Source: Thiotrichales bacterium (GTDB lineage Bacteria; Pseudomonadota; Gammaproteobacteria; UBA5335; SLRW01). From it: DNA of 45,701 nt. The position numbers were made by a program, and so were the translations under genes. This document shows positions 42,075 to 45,701 of the stretch, piece by piece (position 1 is the first letter of the stretch; each line of letters starts with the position of its first letter). Below the pieces are notes generated by a model, which was not told where the DNA came from, did not search any database, and was given only the letters and a program-made list of their open reading frames with translations. The stretch spans positions 1 through 45,701 of the forward strand of contig PWYF01000095.1 in NCBI GenBank assembly GCA_003567955.1, in the 5' to 3' direction.

Positions 42075-44105
42075 ATGTCAGCTCCCGCAAACCAGGCACT
42101 TAACCGGCCCCAGCGCGAAGCCGTGGCCTATATCGATGGCCCTTTGCTGGTGCTGGCCGGCGCGGGCAGCGGCAAGACCCGCGTCATCACCCGCAAGATT
42201 GCCTGGCTGGTCAACGAATGCGGCTATGCCCCGGGCACGATCTGCGCGCTCACCTTCACCAACAAAAGCGCGCGGGAGATGAAATCCCGGGTTGGCGCGC
42301 TGCCTGGCACAGGCAAGGGACAACGGGGGCTGACGGTATCGACTTTTCACAGCCTGGGGCTGTCGCTGCTGCAACGCGAACATACCCGGCTTGACTACCG
42401 ACGCGGCTTTTCCATTTTTGATGCCGGCGACAGCCTGGGCCTGCTGCGGGAAATCAGCCGCCGTGAAGGCGATCTGGAGGACGCTGTACTGTCGCGACTG
42501 CAATGGCAAATCAGCGACTGGAAAGCCGCCCTGATCCCGCCAGAAACCGCCATGCAAGCTGCCACGGACGATATCGAACTGCGCCAGGCCCGTCTCTATG
42601 GTGAGTACCAGCGCCACCTCAAGGCCTGCAACGCCTTCGACTTTGACGATCTCATCGTCCGCCCGGTGGAATTGCTGCAACAGATTCCCGAGGTTCGCGA
42701 ATACTGGCAGAACCGGTTGCGCTATCTACTCGTGGATGAGTACCAGGACACCAATGGCGCGCAGTATGAATTACTGCGGCTACTGGCCGGCGCCCGGGCA
42801 CAATTCACCGTGGTCGGCGATGATGACCAGTCCATCTACGCCTGGCGCGGCGCGCGGCCGGAAAATATCGGCCAGCTGGGACAGGACTACCCGGGCCTGA
42901 AAGTCATCAAACTGGAACAAAACTATCGTTCCAGCGGCCGTATTCTGAGGGTAGCCAACCAGTTGATCGCCGGTAACCCCCACCTGTTTGAAAAACGGCT
43001 GTGGAGTCAGCTGGGCGAAGGTGATCCGATTCGGGTGCTGCAATGTCGTGACAGCGAGGCCGAAGCCCGGCGAATTGTCTCGGAAATCATCCAGCACCGC
43101 TTCCATCAACGCAGCGCCTTCAGCGATTTCGCCATACTGTATCGCGGCAACCATCAGGCCCGGGCTTTTGAACAGGCTCTTCGCGAGAACCAGATTCCCT
43201 ATCGCATCAGTGGCGGTCGGTCATTTTTTGACAAAGCCGAGGTCAAAGACCTCATGGCCTACCTCAAGCTGTTGGCCAATCCGGATGACAACAGCGCGTT
43301 TCTGCGCATCATCAACACCCCGCGGCGTGAAATCGGTGCGGCCACCCTGGAAAAACTGGCCGACTGGGCCGGCGGGCGAGGCGTCAGCCTGCTCGCCGCC
43401 TGTACCGACATGGGGCTGGCGCAAAAACTGCCCGAGCGCAATCTGCGCAAGGTGCGTGAATTCGCCGACTGGATGGCCGACCTCGCGCGGTTGGCCGAAC
43501 ACGAGGATACCGTCAGCCTGGCCCGGCGCATATTACGTGAAAGCGATTACGAAACCTGGCTGCTCGATACCCTGCGCGAACCCCGGCAGGTGGAAAAACG
43601 CATGGAAGCCCTGACCGAACTGCTGCAGTGGTTGCAGAAAGTCGGGGCCCGGGAAGGCTTTGAAGGACGTCTGGAACAGGTGCTGGCCCATATCAGCCTG
43701 CTGGGCATACTCGAACGCCAGGAGGAAGAAACCGAAATCGACGGGGTCCAGTTAATGACCCTGCATGCCGCCAAGGGGCTGGAATTCCCCCATGTCTTCA
43801 TGGTGGGCATGGAAGAAGGCCTGTTGCCCCATCACGCCAGCCTCGATGATGGCGCCCTGGCTGAGGAACGGCGCCTGTGCTACGTCGGGATCCCCCGGGC
43901 CCAGCGCTCACTGACGCTGAGCTGGGCCAGCCAGCGCCGGCGCGCGGGTGAACAGATGGACTGTGAGCCCAGCCGTTTTCTGGAAGAATTGCCCGCCGAC
44001 GACCTGGCATGGGAACGCCCCGGCAAACCACAGGACCCGGAGAAACGCCTGGCGACCGGCAAGGCGCACCTGGATGCTTTACGCAACATGCTGGCGGAAG
44101 AGTAA
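42075..44105 (+). CDS. rep: ATP-dependent DNA helicase Rep
   Basis: LAGAGSGKTRVITRKIA, VDEYQDTN, LYRGNHQAR, INTPRREIG; ATG 42075 follows AGAGG. Confidence 0.93.
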   Translation: MSAPANQALNRPQREAVAYIDGPLLVLAGAGSGKTRVITRKIAWLVNECGYAPGTICALTFTNKSAREMKSRVGALPGTGKGQRGLTVSTFHSLGLSLLQREHTRLDYRRGFSIFDAGDSLGLLREISRREGDLEDAVLSRLQWQISDWKAALIPPETAMQAATDDIELRQARLYGEYQRHLKACNAFDFDDLIVRPVELLQQIPEVREYWQNRLRYLLVDEYQDTNGAQYELLRLLAGARAQFTVVGDDDQSIYAWRGARPENIGQLGQDYPGLKVIKLEQNYRSSGRILRVANQLIAGNPHLFEKRLWSQLGEGDPIRVLQCRDSEAEARRIVSEIIQHRFHQRSAFSDFAILYRGNHQARAFEQALRENQIPYRISGGRSFFDKAEVKDLMAYLKLLANPDDNSAFLRIINTPRREIGAATLEKLADWAGGRGVSLLAACTDMGLAQKLPERNLRKVREFADWMADLARLAEHEDTVSLARRILRESDYETWLLDTLREPRQVEKRMEALTELLQWLQKVGAREGFEGRLEQVLAHISLLGILERQEEETEIDGVQLMTLHAAKGLEFPHVFMVGMEEGLLPHHASLDDGALAEERRLCYVGIPRAQRSLTLSWASQRRRAGEQMDCEPSRFLEELPADDLAWERPGKPQDPEKRLATGKAHLDALRNMLAEE

Positions 44106-44141
44106 GGGAAACGCCCCGACCATGGCATGCATGGTCGGGGC
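44104..44141. terminator. Hairpin between convergent rep and cytochrome c5
   Basis: GCCCCGACCATG-gcatg-CATGGTCGGGGC (44113-44141); GTTTCCCTT follows on the minus strand. Confidence 0.65.
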
Positions 44142-44147
44142 CACACA

Positions 44148-44636
44148 TCAGTAGCCGAGCTGCTCCAGCATATAATCCACCGAAGCCTCAACTTCTTCAT
44201 CGCTGAGGTTGGGGTTACCCCCGCGCGCCGGCATCTGGCCTATACCCTCAATCGCATGACGCACCAGCGTCTCACGGTCCTGACCCAGACGGTCATTCCA
44301 GGTATCGGCATCACTGGTCAGCGGTGCCTGCATGGCCCCGGTATCGTGACAGGCGGCACAGTTATTGCGGTAAATCTGCTCACCGCTGAGCGGCTCGTCC
44401 GCAGCGGGGGCCTCGGCGGCCGCCGTCATGACCTGACCCGGTTCACCGGTATTAACCTGGCCCACGGGCGCCACCCGTTCAGCCAGCACCTGCCTTGAGA
44501 GGGGGTCAACTTCATCGTCAGAAGTCAATCCTGCCAGCAGCGCCGCCAACAGCACCAGCAATACGGCAAAAGCCACCATGCCGCCCATCAGCCAGCTGAG
44601 AATCTTCAGAAAACTGCCTTCATCGTGTTCGGTCAC
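44148..44636 (-). CDS. Membrane-anchored cytochrome c5
   Basis: TM anchor, ERVAPVG, CAACH, MPARGG; GTG start at 44636 is likely. Confidence 0.9.
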   Translation of the reverse strand: MTEHDEGSFLKILSWLMGGMVAFAVLLVLLAALLAGLTSDDEVDPLSRQVLAERVAPVGQVNTGEPGQVMTAAAEAPAADEPLSGEQIYRNNCAACHDTGAMQAPLTSDADTWNDRLGQDRETLVRHAIEGIGQMPARGGNPNLSDEEVEASVDYMLEQLGY

Positions 44637-44776
44637 GAGCGAACCCCCGTCCTCGTCGTCTGCCCCCGGGGCAACCAGGCTGCCCCGCCAGAGGCGCAAG
44701 TATACCGGGAATGCCGGGCCGGCAAAACACCAGGCACTCCGGTCTGCCTCCGAAGAGATCAGCGCTTTGCTTCACG

Positions 44777-44820
44777 TGGACGTCATGGCAGTAAAAAGTT
44801 ATGCTTTGCCGCCCGTTCAG
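44777..44820 (+). promoter_or_regulatory. Stable-RNA-type sigma70 promoter for the tRNA-Arg locus
   Basis: TGGACG-17 nt-TATGCT followed by a GC-rich discriminator (GCCGCCCG). Confidence 0.6.
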
Positions 44821-44840
44821 TCATGAACCGGAACAGCACA

Positions 44841-44988
44841 GCGCCCGTAGCTCAGCTGGGTGAGTGGCGACCGAACAGCCGGTGGCTGTTCGCAGCGCCA
44901 CGAACGACCGGACAGGACGTCCGGGCCGGGACCACCGGAAGCCGGCATGCGCTGCGCCAGGGAGGGCAGGCACCAGACAATTTGTATA
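44841..44988 (+). repeat. tRNA-Arg 5' fragment (nt 1-19) interrupted in the D-loop by a structured insert
   Basis: GCGCCCGTAGCTCAGCTGG with the same CAGCACA leader as the intact gene, followed by hairpins including CCGGAC-aggac-GTCCGG. Confidence 0.8.
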
Positions 44989-45133
44989 GCGCCCGTAGCT
45001 CAGCTGGATAGAGTGTCGGCCTCCGAAGCCGAAGGTCGCAGGTTCGACAAATCCGCCATGGACGAGCGGATTTGAACCGCCGAAGGCGGGCCCCGAAGGG
45101 GTGAGGCCCATGGATGGGCCGAATAATCCTGCC
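44989..45133 (+). pseudogene. tRNA-Arg(CCG) copy with a 78-nt T-loop insert and no acceptor 3' strand
   Basis: nt 1-59 identical to the intact tRNA; insert 45048-45125; resumes ATCCTGCC, then diverges. Confidence 0.85.
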
Positions 45134-45164
45134 CCGGCAGGATGAGAACAATCCGATCAGCACA

Positions 45165-45241
45165 GCGCCCGTAGCTCAGCTGGATAGAGTGTCGGCCTCC
45201 GAAGCCGAAGGTCGCAGGTTCGAATCCTGCCGGGCGCGCCA
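45165..45241 (+). tRNA. argX: tRNA-Arg, anticodon CCG
   Basis: 77-nt cloverleaf; anticodon arm TCGGC-ctCCGaa-GCCGA; GGTTCGAATCC; encoded CCA. Confidence 0.98.
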
Positions 45242-45253
45242 AACACCAAGACG

Positions 45254-45280
45254 AAGCCCGCCAAGTCTGCGGGCTTTTTT
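45254..45280 (+). terminator. Rho-independent terminator after tRNA-Arg
   Basis: AAGCCCGC...GCGGGCTTTTTT. Confidence 0.85.
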
Positions 45281-45441
45281 ATACCTGACAGGAGCCACGA
45301 TTCGAACCTGCGACGTTTCAATCAATCCAGGTTCGACAAAATCGCAGGATAGCGATTTTGAACCGCCGACAGGCGGACCCCGAAGGGGCGAGGCACACGG
45401 ATGTGCCGAGTAATCCTGCCGGGCGCGCCATATTTATTAAT

Positions 45442-45467
45442 AAGCCCGCCAGCACAGCGGGCTTTTT
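45442..45467 (+). terminator. Second copy of the terminator, within the repeat
   Basis: AAGCCCGC...GCGGGCTTTTT. Confidence 0.8.
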
Positions 45468-45598
45468 CATGCTTGACGGGATCCACGATTCGAAGCTGCG
45501 ACGTTTCAATCAAATCAGGTTCGACAAAATCGCAGGATAGCGATTTTGAACCGCCGACAGGCGGACCCCGAAGGGGCGAGGCCCATGGACGGGACCAG

Positions 45599-45645
45599 GG
45601 AAACGCTGGTAAAGCCTGAGGCGCGACGAATTAATCAGCGTTTCC
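45599..45645. mobile_element. Minimal MITE remnant (two ends joined)
   Basis: GGAAACGCTG...CAGCGTTTCC inverted ends; the right end (reverse complement) GGAAACGCTGATTAATTCGTCGCGCCTCAG matches the 41002 fragment; TTAA follows. Confidence 0.65.
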
Positions 45646-45701
45646 TTAAGAAAACAAGTTCAGTTTTTATTCGCGGGGATTTGCGCCATGAGCTGTTGCA
45701 G

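Larger units (their letters stand above)
45242..45598 (+). repeat. 188-bp tRNA-linked tandem repeat (about 1.9 units)
   Basis: Each unit is terminator + antisense T-arm + CAGGTTCGA + 76-nt insert + tRNA 3' end with CCA. Landmarks at 45254/45442 and 45295/45483 are 188 bp apart. Confidence 0.9.

Noticed and set aside
44989..45133. Intron-containing or split/trans-spliced tRNA
   Set aside because: The insert is too short for a group I intron and shows no such motifs; this copy lacks the acceptor 3' strand; an intact gene is adjacent.
45412..45430. tRNA 3' duplication as the att site of an integrated island
   Set aside because: It lies only 189 bp from the tRNA end, is part of the tandem unit, and no integrase or cargo lies between. 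An island beyond the window edge cannot be excluded.
44841..45600. CRISPR-like array
   Set aside because: The repeats are tRNA-derived, the intervening sequences are homologous to each other rather than unique, and there are no cas genes.
44821..45619. Short ORFs overlapping the tRNA locus
   Set aside because: They are translations of tRNA and repeat sequence (e.g. [10 protein letters not shown] is antisense tRNA).

Overview
GC-rich gammaproteobacterial core-chromosome window (probably Chromatiales-like; inferred from gene order and protein sequences). Left to right it holds: uvrD (partial), rpoH, an aa3-type cytochrome c oxidase cluster, a three-gene GMC-oxidoreductase accessory operon, bioC/comF, rubredoxin reductase-oxyR-hemF-tsaC-topA-smg-dprA-tsaP, def-fmt-rsmB-trkAH, a FadE24/FadE23-like acyl-CoA dehydrogenase pair, hisBHAFIE-tatABC, a FecR/SPOR protein, dtd, a TorF-like porin, rep, cytochrome c5 and tRNA-Arg(CCG). 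No CRISPR, prophage or transposase gene was seen. The unusual content is non-coding. (1) The tRNA-Arg gene is embedded in about 760 bp of tRNA-fragment repeats. Their T-loop or D-loop is interrupted by structured inserts carrying covarying GGA-loop hairpins of the CsrA/RsmA-binding type, alongside antisense T-arm copies. (2) A ~270-nt GGA-rich CsrB/RsmZ-like sRNA candidate follows a GacA-box-like palindrome. (3) A perfect CIRCE overlaps a sigmaE-type promoter at rpoH. (4) One MITE family is present at three loci. (5) Two elements are built from inverted short-tandem-repeat arms. All product names come from reading motifs by eye; no database searches were run.
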